DNA of 64,000 bases from Octopus vulgaris. Lineage: Eukaryota. Each line of letters opens with the position of its first letter. The first letter of the stretch is position 1. The stretch is taken from positions 39,060,001 through 39,124,000 of the forward strand of contig OX597826.1 of assembly GCA_951406725.2 (NCBI GenBank). Reading direction: 5' to 3'. This document shows positions 14,301 through 28,600 of this stretch, one piece after another. The translations under genes were made by a program, and so were the position numbers. The notes under the pieces are model-generated. The model had not been told where the DNA came from. It ran no database searches and saw only the letters and a list, made by a program, of their open reading frames with translations.

Positions 14301-16529
14301 ATACAGAGTTGAAGCACTGTTTGATTTGTTATTTAACCTTTCTGTGCCCTTTTTATATATAAAATATTACAATTAGCTGGCATTTTTGATGTCTTGCAAA
14401 CAACTTGCACATGCAAGTGCTACCAGTCAAAAACTCTGCATACCGGAAGCCAGCAAGTGCATGGGGTCATCAGGAGAGAATGCGCGCCGTTTCGGGGCCT
14501 ACCTCTCGACGGCATCAATGAGCACCGACACCCCCTCACTGATATGAGGCCCCGCTTGCTAGATCAGCTGGTTATCAAATAATATCAAGTATGTTATAGA
14601 AAGTATGGGTTATTTACAGAGTGATCACAGAGAGCCAATGTGAAAAAAATACAGAGCAGAGGAAATTGAAAACGCAAATCATAGGTAGTCAATGTGATTC
14701 TTGAACACACAAATGAAGATATTCAATCAAGGTAATTGTATTATATATAATTATACACATCAACATAAATCATGCATGCACAGGCGTAAAGATTCTCCAA
14801 GGGTATAAAGAATAAAACCAAACATACATAAAAATATAGAAATATAAAAACATATAAATAAAGATTACCTGTAAAGAGTTATGCGTGATAAATATAGGAG
14901 GTGCAAAACAAATGAGAGGTTGATAACCATAGGAATAAAAATGTCAACCTTCAAAATGGCAAAGTGCCATCTAAAAATTCCTTATACATCTAGGATATAA
15001 GATAGAAATGATAGATCTAATTTTATAGGTTTTTAGAAATGTAGAGTGAAATTTATGGTTACAGGAAGGGATCACATCTGAAAACTTATTTAACATGTTA
15101 GCGTTATATAATTTAAGGATTATATATAATTCCCTTATAACTATTGTAACCTACTCCAACCAACAAGAAAATCACTATGTGGTAACTCAAACTCAAATTT
15201 CTCTTAAATTATATCCTGACATTTTAAAGAGAAGAGAAGGAGGCATTAGATCATGTAATAGTAGTGCCATGATAAAATGTACCCATAGAAACCATGCCAA
15301 AAGTGGGATGTATAAATGAGACATAGTCCCCAATCTACTGAGGAGAGCAGTAACTTAAAAGAAGAATTAACAATGTGATAACCGGTCCAGACTGTGTCAG
15401 TCTGGAAAGCAAAGTTAAAATGATGATAATGAATCCTAGACTGGATACAAGGCATGCCCCAAAAATGATGGGGTGGTTATGACTGGAATATCTTTGATAA
15501 GATCAGTGATGAACTGGAACTGTATATAACAACAATAACAACAACAACAAAAGCAGCAATACCATTATACCATCTTGGAAATATAAAAAAAAAGAAAAGG
15601 TGAATGGAAGCCTCTTACAGTGGTCAACTGGAGATCTCGTTTATCATATGGCGAGTAGTCGTAGATAGCAACATATATCTTCTCGTTACTAGATTCACTC
15701 ACATCCGTGTGGGTGGAGGGAACTTTATTTAAGCGAGCAGGAACTTCTTCTGAAAAATAAATGGGAAAAAAATAAATACATGAATGAAGTCACACACACC
15801 TGCACATGCATGCACACACACACACACACACACACTTACACACACACACACACACTTACACATGCTAATATCAAACTGTGAGAATGAGTGCTCAACACTG
15901 CATTGGTGGATAAATATTCTTTATTTGTGGGTCAACAAGGCCATTATTGGGTTTCCTGTCAAGAGAAATCTTTCAACAAATATCAAGCCTGTCACATGGA
16001 AAGTACTAGTGTTGCATGTGGCAGGCTTGATAATTGCTGAGAGATTTCTCTCAGCATGAAACCAATGATGGTCTTGTTGATCTACAAATAAAATGTATGT
16101 GAATGTGTGCATGTATATATATATATACATATATATATATATACAACTAATGTAGGATAAAATTTTTTTCTAAAAAAAATTTTATCAATGGCCAGTATAT
16201 CAAAAAATACCTTTAAAGGTTAAATTTATAAATAACTTATAAAATAAGGGCAAAAGAAAAATTCTAATGCCAAATATGCTGAAAAAAGCCAAAATTGTCA
16301 ATAATCATTATAATTTATGCGGCTCGAAACAAGCCGATAGAAATTTCTAAAAAATTTTGTTATTACCGTATTGGTCCCAATTTCGGGGTTAATTCATAAG
16401 AATTTCCCCCTCCTCAGTGATAAATACGTAAGACATAAATGAAATACTTACTCATACCCATGGAAAAAGCAAGCCCTTTTTTCGGCATATTTGGCATTAG
16501 AACTTTTCTTTGGCCCTTATTTTATAAGT

Positions 16530-16611
<82 letters not shown>

Positions 16612-19600
16612 AGTAGTCAGTTCCGATTCAAAATTTGACCGCTTCTTGTTTCTTATTAGATGTATTTTTTTCTGTGCATGAACACATCAGTGACTTTTGA
16701 GTCCCAAGAGCTCTTTGAAATTAACATTTCAAACAGTGCTTTAACAGTGCTTTAACTGCTTTTCAGATCATCATCATTATCATATACATATGCATGTACA
16801 TACATATATTAGTACATACGTACGCACACATGCATGCACATGTGTGTATGAGGTTTGAGTGTGTCTGTGTAGTGTGTGTTCTGAGTTAGAGCCAAGAGTA
16901 TAGTTTAAGTGTACCTGGATGATGCATCGGATGCCTGCAGATGTAAATTTACGATATTGTTGTGTGATATGTTTTCCTTGTTGCTTAGTTCTAGACTATC
17001 TCTGACTGATTAGACCTATGATAAAAAACATTCTCACCATAATTACTCCATCATCTTTTCAGGCGCAGTGTACCTAAGTTATTTTATTCAATTTGTCCTC
17101 ACATCTTTAACCCTTTAGTGTTTAAACTGGCCATATCCTGCCGAAGTTTTCTACCTATTTTATGTTTAAACTGACCAGATCAGTTGACATTCTAAAAATG
17201 AACAATCACGTCATTAAAACCTCAAAGCTATAAGATAATGCATGATTAATTAAAAACAATTTGAGTAAAAAATATTACATTTAACAGAGTAATCTGAACA
17301 CTAAAGGGTAAAAGACAATTTGAGAGAAGTGTGACTATTACTTTTAGCAAATCGCATAACTTTTAGAGTCACCTTCTTTCCAGGATATCTGGGATTACAT
17401 GACACTATCAAATCTCTAGAATGGAAGGTTGTGATGTGAGGCAAATTTGGCTGATACTTTTTGAATGTTGAGGAACCAGCAGATGGACCCTTACTTCCAT
17501 GTTATCAGGAATAAGAGTATCTTTCATGCTATCAGTACAGGAGTATTTTTTTGAGTGTCAGTTGGTTTGTCTGATTTTGACTTTGGATATGGTAAGGAAT
17601 TGTATTGTTGTTTAGTTCCAGGTTAACACTGACGGAACAGACAGGTTAACATTGACGGAACAAAGGCATTTCAAACTGCATCTGTTTAAGGTATTCAAAG
17701 ACTACTTCATCCAATGAATCCTTTTCTTCCTCAAGGAAGTAGGAAAATTCAAATGGTATTTGTTTGCTATTTTCAACATGCTGATTAGCCATGCAGAAGC
17801 TAGTTGTTGTTCTTTAGTCTCAGGTTACCCTGGTTTAACCCTTTCGTTACTGTATTTATTTTGAGATGTTCTGTGTTTCTCCCAATTATTTTAGATATAA
17901 CAAAGAATTTAGTAAAGTAACTTAGTTATCATTAAACTAGTGTTAGGAGCAGTATTTGTGACTAAGGTTTGGTGGAAGATTTTAATTAAAAACTTATGAA
18001 AACAAGACATTTGTACTAAAGAGCCAGAGTCGGTTTCAGCCGGGTTGGTAACGAAAGGGTTAAAGATATCTATGATCAAAAGTATTCAAGTCATGACCAG
18101 CTTGTCTTTTTCCTATGTACAGGACCACATTATCCAAAAGTTACTTTTTCTAAGACGGTGGGGATTTGAGGAAGATTTGGCTGCTGTTTCTAATAAGTTA
18201 AGCATAGAGGCTCACTTGCTGACTTATATGTTGGGTGTAGTATTTTATTGAAAACAATTCTTTCATTGTCATTCCATTAACATCTAAAGTATATCATAGG
18301 AATGTGAAATCAACCCCTGTGCTTCGTTGGTACTGTATTTTATCAATTCTAGAACAATAAAAAGCAAAGTCAAACTCAACAAAATTTGAAAATTAAAGGG
18401 CTGTAACAGTGTATTTTGTATTTGTTTGTCACATGAAGCCACCTTACCATGTCTCTCAATAAAAGACAGTTTACATCCCGGAGCATTACGGTCAATCTGG
18501 TCACAGCATTTGTACTTCTTTAAACTTTTTGTCCATACCCCAGGATGGTATTTAAGGTAGAAACTGGCATTTTTCTTCAGACATTCTGTAAAAAAGTAAA
18601 ATTAAATAGTAACAACAATAACAGCAATCATCTTTTCTACTAAAGGCATAAGGCCTGGAATTTGGGGGGGGGGGGGAGCACTAGTTGATTACATCGATCC
18701 CAGTGTGTAACTGGTACTTATTTCATTGACCCCCCAAAGGAGGAAAGACAAAGTTGACCTTGGTAGAATTTGAACTCAGAATGTAAGGATGGACAAAATA
18801 TCATAAAAAATTTTGCCTGGCATGCTAACAATTCTGCCAGTTTGCCACCTTAATGATAATAATAATAGTGAAAATGATTAACATAGGCAAAATGTGAGAG
18901 GAGGGAGTTGGTTGATTGTATTGGCCTTCATAATTCACTGGTATTTAATCATCCCAGAGGGACAAAAGGTAAAGTTGAACTTAGCAAGGTTTAAACTTAG
19001 AAGGGAAAGAGCCAGAACAACAATCACAAGGCATTTTATCTATTGCCTTTCTATTTCTGGCAATCCATCATCTTTGATAACCATTTCTACAATAGGCACA
19101 AGACTTGAGATTTAGTGGGTGGGCAGACGGGCTAGTCAGTTACAGTGACCTCAAAACTCCATTGGCACTTACTTCATTATCCTTAAAAGGATGAAAGGCA
19201 AAGTCGATTTGATCTCAGAATCATTATCTTTATAACAATAATTATGATGATGATGAGTAGTAGTGACAATGATGATTGGAGCATTTATTTTTATCACAAA
19301 TCACAAATTTGACTCAATCTGTAGTTTATTTAATCTGTAGTGAACCCAAAGGAAAACCTGGTGCTTATGCCTTTTAAAATCTTCTAAATATAGTGGAATA
19401 GTTTGAACCCAAACACACTCTATTTAACCGAGTAGCACTCAACTTATATAATCAACAGTTTGGGAGAGAGAGGGGGGAGACAGAGAGAGTTGAGTGAATC
19501 CTGGTAAAATAATAATGAAATCATTCACCCCCACCCTTTAGTGGGGTGGGGGCTACATTTGCAGTTACCCAACTAAATGTATATGTAATTTTTGTGTAAT

Positions 19601-22600
19601 ACTAAGGGATGTGCCTTAAAACAAATAAGGAATAAATAGTTGATAGTTATGGTAATGGGGTGAGAATAATATTGGTATTGAAGAGAAAGAGAGAGAGGCA
19701 GAAATAGTGGAATCAATGAAGAGACAGACAAAGAGAGAGAGAGGAGAAGGGAGACAGGATTCTAAGAAGTGAGAGGTTAAGTAAAAGTGGAGGTTTAGGT
19801 AAAGAATACAAAAGAAAGAATTTCTCAGTCACACGACCATGTCAGTATCCACAACAGAAGGTTTTCCAGTTATTGTCATTCTCTCTTTTTAAGGTTATGT
19901 AATACTTTATCTAATGTGTCAAGTCCTTATTTAAAATGAGAGTGAGTGATATTTTGGGGTTGCCATTTCTAGCAGTTCAAATAGATGTCTTTCCTATGGT
20001 AATGATGGTGATGATAGCAGTGATGGTGATGATAGTAGTGATGATGATGATGATAAAGTGAAAATGTCTTGGTCTTTTTTTCACATGATAGCAAAATCTG
20101 AAAATTGTTCCTATGTTGGTGATAGTGGGAGAAGTGGAGAGAACAAGAGCAAGAGAAGGAAACCAGAAGAAGAAGTTAGTAAAGAGAAATTTATAAATAT
20201 ATACATTAAAAGATCTACACACACACACACTGAGAGAGAGAAAGGAACTAAGATTTGCATAAATTTCAATGTAGAAGTACATGATGTATAAAGAGTGGGG
20301 GAGAGTGTGTGTGTATGTTGTATGTTTAACCAGAGAGAGAGATGGCTAACCCCCAGGTTGACCTTTACAAGGAACCATACAGAGGAGATTAGGGAGTCTT
20401 GCAAGTCACAAGATGCACTGCAAACAGAACCAACTTTTAGAGCAGCAGACAGGATGTGGAAAGAAGATTGGTGATACAAGAATGGATGACAACCATATGT
20501 TACAGTAGAAACACACACACTGTAGATAGATAGATAGATAGATGTACGTATGTACATAATCATATCAGTAAACATAAACAGTATAACTAAGTGAGTGAGT
20601 ATTCATATGTGTACACACACACTTAAAAAAATGTAGTGTGTGAGTGTGTATGTATGTATGTATGTGTGTGTATATATATTATATATTGTGATATGTGAAT
20701 AATTTCAAGGGTTTAAATTGTGCTATATACAACTTTACATGCAGGAAAATGTTGCTCTTATGTAATATTATTATGTTTTCTGGAATTTTGTAGTGAGAAA
20801 TCGATACAGCAGATGAAAACCTGTGGCAGTCTATTATGCAACACTGATGTCTTTTTAAATACTACACACACATACACATGCACAAACACACACACACACA
20901 CACACACGATGATTGCCTCATCTTATCAGATGATAGTTGTCTCACAAATAGTGAGATATCTGTATGTCACTGGATTTAAGAGACAAAAGCTTGTGCACAG
21001 GGCCGGCCTTAAGCTGACTGAACTGATTGCTTCCAGTTGGGCCCCATGCCAAAGGGCAACCTGCGCTCAAGAGGGCCATATTCTAAACTGCGATATTTCA
21101 TAAAGGTGGTCCCCTTGAAGTCTTTTTAAAAAATCTACAAGGTCTTTCAAAAAAACGAAAAAAAGGAAATCACACAAAACTTAAGCGACATAAGACATCA
21201 AAAGATAACTCATTCATCCAAGACTGCTTGGGTTAGCCACTGAATTTGAAGAAATTTATTGTACTTTTAGTGTAAGGGCCAATATGTAGGTTTGTATGTG
21301 AAAGTTTGTGAGTGGTTATGGGGATCATCATCATCATCGTTTAATGTCCTCTTTCCATGCTGACATGGGTGGACAGTTTGACAAGGCTGGTAAGCCAGAA
21401 GGCTGCACCAGGCTCCAATCTGATTTGGCAAAATTTCTACAGCTGGATGCCCTTCCTAATGCCAACCACTCCGAGGGTGTAGTGGGTGCTTTTTACTGGC
21501 ATCGACCACACTTGAATGGTGCTTTTTATGTGCCACCGGCATAGGAGCCAGTCAGCTGAAATGATGCCAAGGGTTTGTGCTCCTATGTTAAGGAGGTATA
21601 TGGCCCAAAATCTTCTTCAATAGCTTCAACGAGAACAGCAAATGCACGTTTGATTCTGACTGACACTGATTCTATTCATGAGCGTTGGGTGGAACATTTT
21701 TCTACACTTTTGAATAGACCTTCATCCGTTGACATGAGGATAATAGAAAAAATTGAACACCTTCCAGTTATAGAAGAGATGACATTTGAATCAACTCTAA
21801 ATGACATTTATTTAGCTGTGAATAAGCTGAATAACACTAAGTCTCCAAGGTCTGATGGAATCTGTGCAGAAGTCTTGAAATATGGGAGTGACAAAATGTT
21901 TGAATTTTTAAATATATTAATTTGTGATTGTTGGAGAACTGAGAAAGTGCCTCAAGACTGGATTGATGCCATTTTAGTCTCCCTGCATAAATCGGGGCCA
22001 AAGGATCTGTGTGGTAATTTTTGTGGGATTTCGCTTTTGTCTAGTTCGAAAGGTACTTGCCCACATTTTGTTAAATGCTTTAATACCTTTATAGTTCCAA
22101 ATATAGCGTCTGAGTCTCAGTGTAGTTTTCGTTCCTCCAAGGGCACAGATGATTGTATCTTTACTGTCAGACAATTACAAGAAAAGTGCATTGAACAGAA
22201 TCTTGCTCTATACCATTACTTTGTTGATTTGAGCAAAGCATTCGATACTGTTAATCGAAATGCTCTGTGGCTAATTCTAAGGAATATAGGTCGTCCAGAA
22301 AAATTTGTGAACATGATCAGGGCTTTGAATAAACTGAAAGGTAGCCCGTCCTTAACGTGGCTGTTTAGTATACTAAAAATAGCAGTTACTAAACATACAA
22401 AACACCCACTATTCTGATCACCTAATATGCTGCAAAGGGGGAAAAAATGTCCTCTGCAGTATATTATGAGGCGAGATTAGTTGATAGCACCTGAAAACAA
22501 AATGAAGAAAAAAATAACTCTGAGGTGGGGGTAGGTGGCCTACCAAAATTGTGCCCAGTTGGGCCCTGCACCTCCTAAGGCCAGCCCTGCTTGTGCAATA

Positions 22601-25570
22601 CTTTTGTCACTCTTTCAGTTGCCATAGTAGATGCCCATGACAAACACTTAAATATGACTAGTACTATTTTGACTTCAAGTTTTAGGTCAGAGTATCTTTC
22701 TCCTAGAAGAACAGCCTTCCTCAAGGCTTTGTTAAAAATAACAGGAGCCCTGGGAAACCTATTTAAGTCATAGGTGGGACCTGGCAGATAATAACCATTC
22801 CAGGTCAAAATGGAACTGGGAGTAATGATAATTAAGGGATGACTCTATGCTTCCCTCAACTCCAGTCCAAAACTGAAGATTTGCCATTGGGTATGAAACA
22901 TGTATACATACATGTGAGACTTTCCTCAAGGCCAAAATACGACATAGTTTTTGTTGTCTACATCAGTGCCATTCAAAGTGGTGGTCTGTGGACCGGTGCC
23001 GGTCCGCAAGCCATTAGCTGCTGGTATGTGGCAAGTTTCCAGAAAAAAAGAAACATTATAAAATGCTTATATAATATTGTACTATTTGTTTACAAAATAA
23101 ATATAAGATGAAAAGAATTGTCAACTTTTATTATATTCATTATACATATTGTTTCTGGTATAAATTAATATTACTAAGAAACATTACTGGTCCCAGGCAC
23201 ATTGGAAAAAAAAAAACAGCAGATAGTTTGAGAAGTACATTACAATGATGGGGCTTTGTTTCTTTATTAGAAACCAGCTCCTTCCTCAGAGGAAGATAAT
23301 TAAAAACAGAAGAGTATGAACGAACAAATATGCATTCATGCATACATGCATGAATGCGCACACGTGCACACACACACACGACTGTCTCCTCACATTCAGC
23401 TTGATTACTCTGATGTACTTTCAATCTTGCATTTGTGTGTGGGGACTTTATAAAATATAAAATGGACCAAGAAACGAAATGAATAATGAGACATCTGTAC
23501 ATCATTGGGTTTAAGTGTTAAAAGCTTGTACAACACTTTTGCCATTCTCTTGGTTGCAATAGTAGGTTCCATTGACAAGCATTGTCAGATGACTGGTGTT
23601 ATTTTGACTGCATGGTTTATGTCAGAGTATCTTTCTCCTAGAAGAGCTACCTTTCTCATGGCTGTCAAAAATAACAGGAGCCTCCTCTACCCATGGGGAA
23701 TTTATTAAACCCATAGATGGGACCCTGAGAGATACTACCATTCCTGGTTAAAAATGACCTAGGAGCAATGGTAATTAAGGAGTGGCTCCACACACCCCAT
23801 AACCCCATAACTTTCAAACTGGAGCCACACCACTGGATGCAATTTAATGATATACCTAGGATGACTGGATGGATGGGCGGATGAACAGACAGACACAGAT
23901 ATAAAATATGTGTTACTAAAGAATATTATAGCTGAATAAAGAAAATACAGACCTCGGAACTCTCTGCATTCAGTAAAACAGTGGCCCACAATGTGTTTGC
24001 AGTGCCAGTACTCATACCAGTATTTGGGCCACTTGATTGGATGCTTGATGAGATCCGAGCCATTGATGTGAAAACCCAGAAGATATTAACCAGCACACAT
24101 AATTTCCATACTGACAGTGACACAGACTATCTCTACCTAAAACAAAAACAAGGGGCAGAGGCTTAACATTAATCCAGACTGCCTCTGAGTGTCGCATCAT
24201 ATCCCTTCGGCAACATCTTTTAATCACCAAATGTTGGCTAAGTTTGCATACATAAAGCTGATAACATCATGAGACTTGGAAAGCAGCTCCTTTAGCAACA
24301 CTCCTTGTCTGATAACTTTAAATACATGCCTCAAGAAGTCACAAGATTCTACCACAATGTATAATCAGATGAAAGGATGAGTGTATATCAGCAGAAGACC
24401 ATGCATGGATATGTTAATAGAAAGCTCTGGGATGATAGTAACATTGATTATCAAAGCAGTCTATCATGGATCAGCAACCAGATTACTACCTCCCACTTTG
24501 AAGGGTATGTGCTTGCAATCCAGGAGCAGGAAATATCAACAGAATAACTGATGCACAAAAGGGACAGAAACACAGGAAAAGCAGTAAAATGTGATAACCG
24601 ATGCACACTTTGTGGAGTTAACACCAAAGATATCACCCACATCATAAGCAGTTGTCTGAAAATGTTATAACAGTATTATCAACTGATGAGAAATGATGTA
24701 GCTAAGACACTGCAATAATGAGATCCATCAGAAAGATAACCTTGAGACCAAAGAAATAAGAACCCACAATATGGTAGAAGCCATAACCACTCATAATAAA
24801 GAGGAGTACTGGAGGAATGTCCCAGTGAAAACCTCAATAAAATGCAAACATAACAGAGCAGACATAGTGATTTGGGATAGAAAAGAGAAACTGAGTATAG
24901 GTGTGGAAATCAGCTGCCCTGTGGATGTTAACATAAAGCTAAAGATCAGTGAAAAGGGAAAAGGAAAAATCTACCTTGAGCTATTGAGAAATCCACAGTT
25001 ACTCTATCCAGATTACAAGTTCAGGTTTATACCTGTAATTATTAGGGCATTGAGATATGTAACACACTGCCTAAGTACCAATCATGAGAAATAAGACTTA
25101 TCAAAACCAGAAAGGAGAAAGGTGATTCAAAGACGAAAGATCCAAGCCATCACTGGAACTGTAAAAATGAGCATGTCTAGACATGCAACTATATACATGA
25201 GAATACATACATAAAACAAAACATCCAGATTCGCACATATACATACATACAACAATACCCTGTTGATGTTGCAATTCCAGTGAAGAAGACTTGGATCTTG
25301 GTTAGAAATCAACGCTGGGTGGGGGAGACTAATTGACTGACTGACTCACACACACACACTTGAATAATTATGCCAACAAGCAACATTTGTTGAACATAAG
25401 AAGAATGATAATGAATGAAACTTTATTCAAAAAAAGAGGTGAAATATATTTTTTTTCCAAACAGTATAAACAAAAGCATGTGGTTTCACAATTAGCAACA
25501 TTCCAACAAATACCATGCTGCCTGCTATCGAAACTACATTACAGGCTATGACAGCTGACCACCGCCCCCC

Positions 25571-25607
<37 letters not shown>

Positions 25608-28600
25608 CACTACCACTACTACTACTACTACTAATAATAATAATCATCATCATCATCATCTTCATGATCATTGTTGCAGTGGTCAGAGATTGTATCAGTG
25701 AAATATGTCCTTGATAAAATATTTCAAGAAAAAAATAACTTTAACTTTGAAATGCTCCCTCAGAGAGAGACGAACAAAGACAATATTAAGAGCTATTAAT
25801 GAAATTGCAGATGAGTATTAAGAGCTATGTAATGAACCTCCATTCTGGCAGATTAACACCTGTTTATATGCCATGTCTAACAATGCAAAGCAATACATGA
25901 ACAACACTCAAAAAGTAAGCAAAACCAGAAAAAGTGAAAAAAGTGTCATCAGGGGTTTTGAAGACAGAGACAATGGTTGCCGAAATATAGAAACCATTTC
26001 CACATCAAAATGACTCTTCAGAATTCATTACAGAGTACTTAAATACACTGTTTCAGGTTTGCCAGCACACTATTAATCCATTAATGCATAGCGTCCAGAA
26101 AAATTAATCCATTAATGCATAGCATCCAGAAAAATGGATGCAGGAAAAATTACTATTACTTGTTTCGTATGTATGTATAGTTGGTTTGTTTGTATGCAGT
26201 GCTTGCTCACTCATAGAGCACTAGTTTAGAGGCAGACCATACCAAAAATAAGCTCAATAGGTAGTTTACTTAACAAGCGATAGTAATTTTTCCTGCTTCC
26301 ATTTTTCTGAATGCTATGCATTAATGGGTTAAAATTAAAGACTAACACTATAATTATCCTACTACATACAATTGACCAAGCTAGTGGTATGTGCAATGGT
26401 ACCTGTTTAATTACTCAAGACATTCAAGGAAACATCATTAAGATCAAAATTATAACTGAAGGCTCTCATTGCAAAAAAAAAATGCTTATTCCAGGCATCA
26501 CTTTTGCTTCTGTTGGTGAAGAATTACTATTTACCTTAATTAGAGAACAATTTCCTATTAAATTAGCAATGGCTTACACTTATTGTCCGATCCCCATATA
26601 CTGCATTAATATTTCTCACACTTTCCATTGCGTTGTTGCCTTTATTGAACTCATAGAGCAAAATATGCTGACTGTTAAAATCAAACTGCACTCTCAAAAC
26701 TTGCACTAAGAATAAGCGCAAGGTAAAATTACTACCTTGCATTTATAGCAAGTTGATACAGGTAGTTTATCCTATCCCCTTCTGACTTTTATTTCATGCA
26801 ATTGAAAAAAAAGCACATTATTTATGGGATGACTCAATACTTTCTATATCTATCTTTTCACACGAGAAAAATATGGACCACAAACAAGTAGCAGAAAATA
26901 TATCTGTACACATCATCAAGTATAGTTCTAGGGGCAGAATTACACCCATCTGCCATCATACAATAAATATCTTTTATAATTCATTTTCACTTCTTTGCTT
27001 TAAAAACTACTTTGCATTTTCTTAGAATTTCATAAAAATTTAATCATCAATAACTTATAAACAGAATTTAAACTATGAGGCATTGTTACTCATCAATACC
27101 ATATGAAAAAGGAGAGATTTCAGCCTCAAGTACCACAAATTTCATAAGGCTAGAATGTCTTTGATCAGAGTCATTCCAGCCTTGATCACTTTGTCTTTTT
27201 AGGATATACATAAAATTATATTATTTCACGACCACAAACCACATAGGGGCACGAACTATCAAAAAATATCTAAAATTGTTAGAAAATACATATGTAAGAA
27301 GCTCACAGAATTGGTTCTGAAACTTTAATTTGCTGTGGTTTATGTTTCAATGTATTAAAGATGAAGATGTTATTTCATATGCAAGTGAAATAAACTTAAA
27401 CACTTCAAATAAGAAACAAAAATGTACTGCAGTATAATTTACCTTATCCATATTCAGTTTTTTTAATTGAAAAATACATAGGAATCTCTATCTCTTATTA
27501 TAAAAGGCAGATTTTATCTGCCTCCCTTTGTAAGTTATAGAAATCTACAATATAGGATTTCTTCAATTACAATTTACCTAGCATTTTTAAGAGTAGAATG
27601 CATCAGGTCATGCCAGGTCCAGTTTTTAAAATTTAAACTCCAATTAAGCAAAATTTACAGAAAACTCACATTCTGGTGTGTATGTCAAATGCTTTTCTTA
27701 GTCTGGTTTACAGCACACGCAAACGCACACACACAGTGTGCAACGAATAAAGTGAAACTAGATGTAATATTTGTTTCTGTCTATCACGCTGATAGATACA
27801 TGAGTAAAATGTATGGGAAGCTAACAGATAAGAGTGAGTGAAAATGTTCTTGGAAGAGAGTAAATTAGCGACAGAGTGATTTGAGGAAGACTAAACTGAA
27901 AGTATGAAACAGTGTTTATGTATAAACAGACGACACTTATATAAACTCTTTCGTTACCAAACCGCCCGAATTTACCTATTCATATTTAAATGAGAATATC
28001 AGAGTAAATCTCTTTAGTACATTCGTGAAAACACATATTATACTTCGTAAACACTTCAAATACAGTTTTGTACAAAAATCGAAGTGTAATTTTAATTCCG
28101 TGAATTATGGGAGATTTTTTTCCGAAATTTGTTCCTATTGTGTTTTCAAAATTTGTAATTCTGACAAAAAATGGATACGAATTTCATTATATCAAGCAGC
28201 GAGTCAGAATTCGAAGGATTTTCTACTGAAGACCTTCATAAATCTAACTCTATGACTGAAAAAAAAACCCATCTTTATATAAGAGTGAAGTTGTGTGTCT
28301 GTCCCCTTCGATTTAGATTCGTAACTACTCCCACATTTTGCGGTGCAGTTTAACTAAAAGCGGGTATCTTATAGTCGTGATTCATATCGAGCCCTTCTGG
28401 GTATTAGCGCGCGTCTACGATGAGTCTACGATTTAAAAAAATTTACCATCATATTTTTCCATTTTAATGCATTTTTTTCGCTTTTATATAAGGGAAGTAA
28501 CTCTCTAAAAATATCTACGATGTGTCAACGATTTAAAAAATAAAAATTTACCTTAATTTTTTTTCAATTTTTAATGCATTTTTTTGCTATTTTTTGGCTA

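Noticed and set aside
14460-14570. GC-rich segment with GGGGCCT/AGGCCCC-GAAAC and a nearby CTGATGA on the minus strand
   Set aside because: No CUGANGA sits directly before stem II and the downstream CTGATGA cannot close a stem; at best a decayed PLE-type motif.
22590-23850. Direct duplication about 22590-22880 versus 23525-23850
   Set aside because: Diverged copies of what looks like an old dispersed repeat; no coding or structural signal seen.
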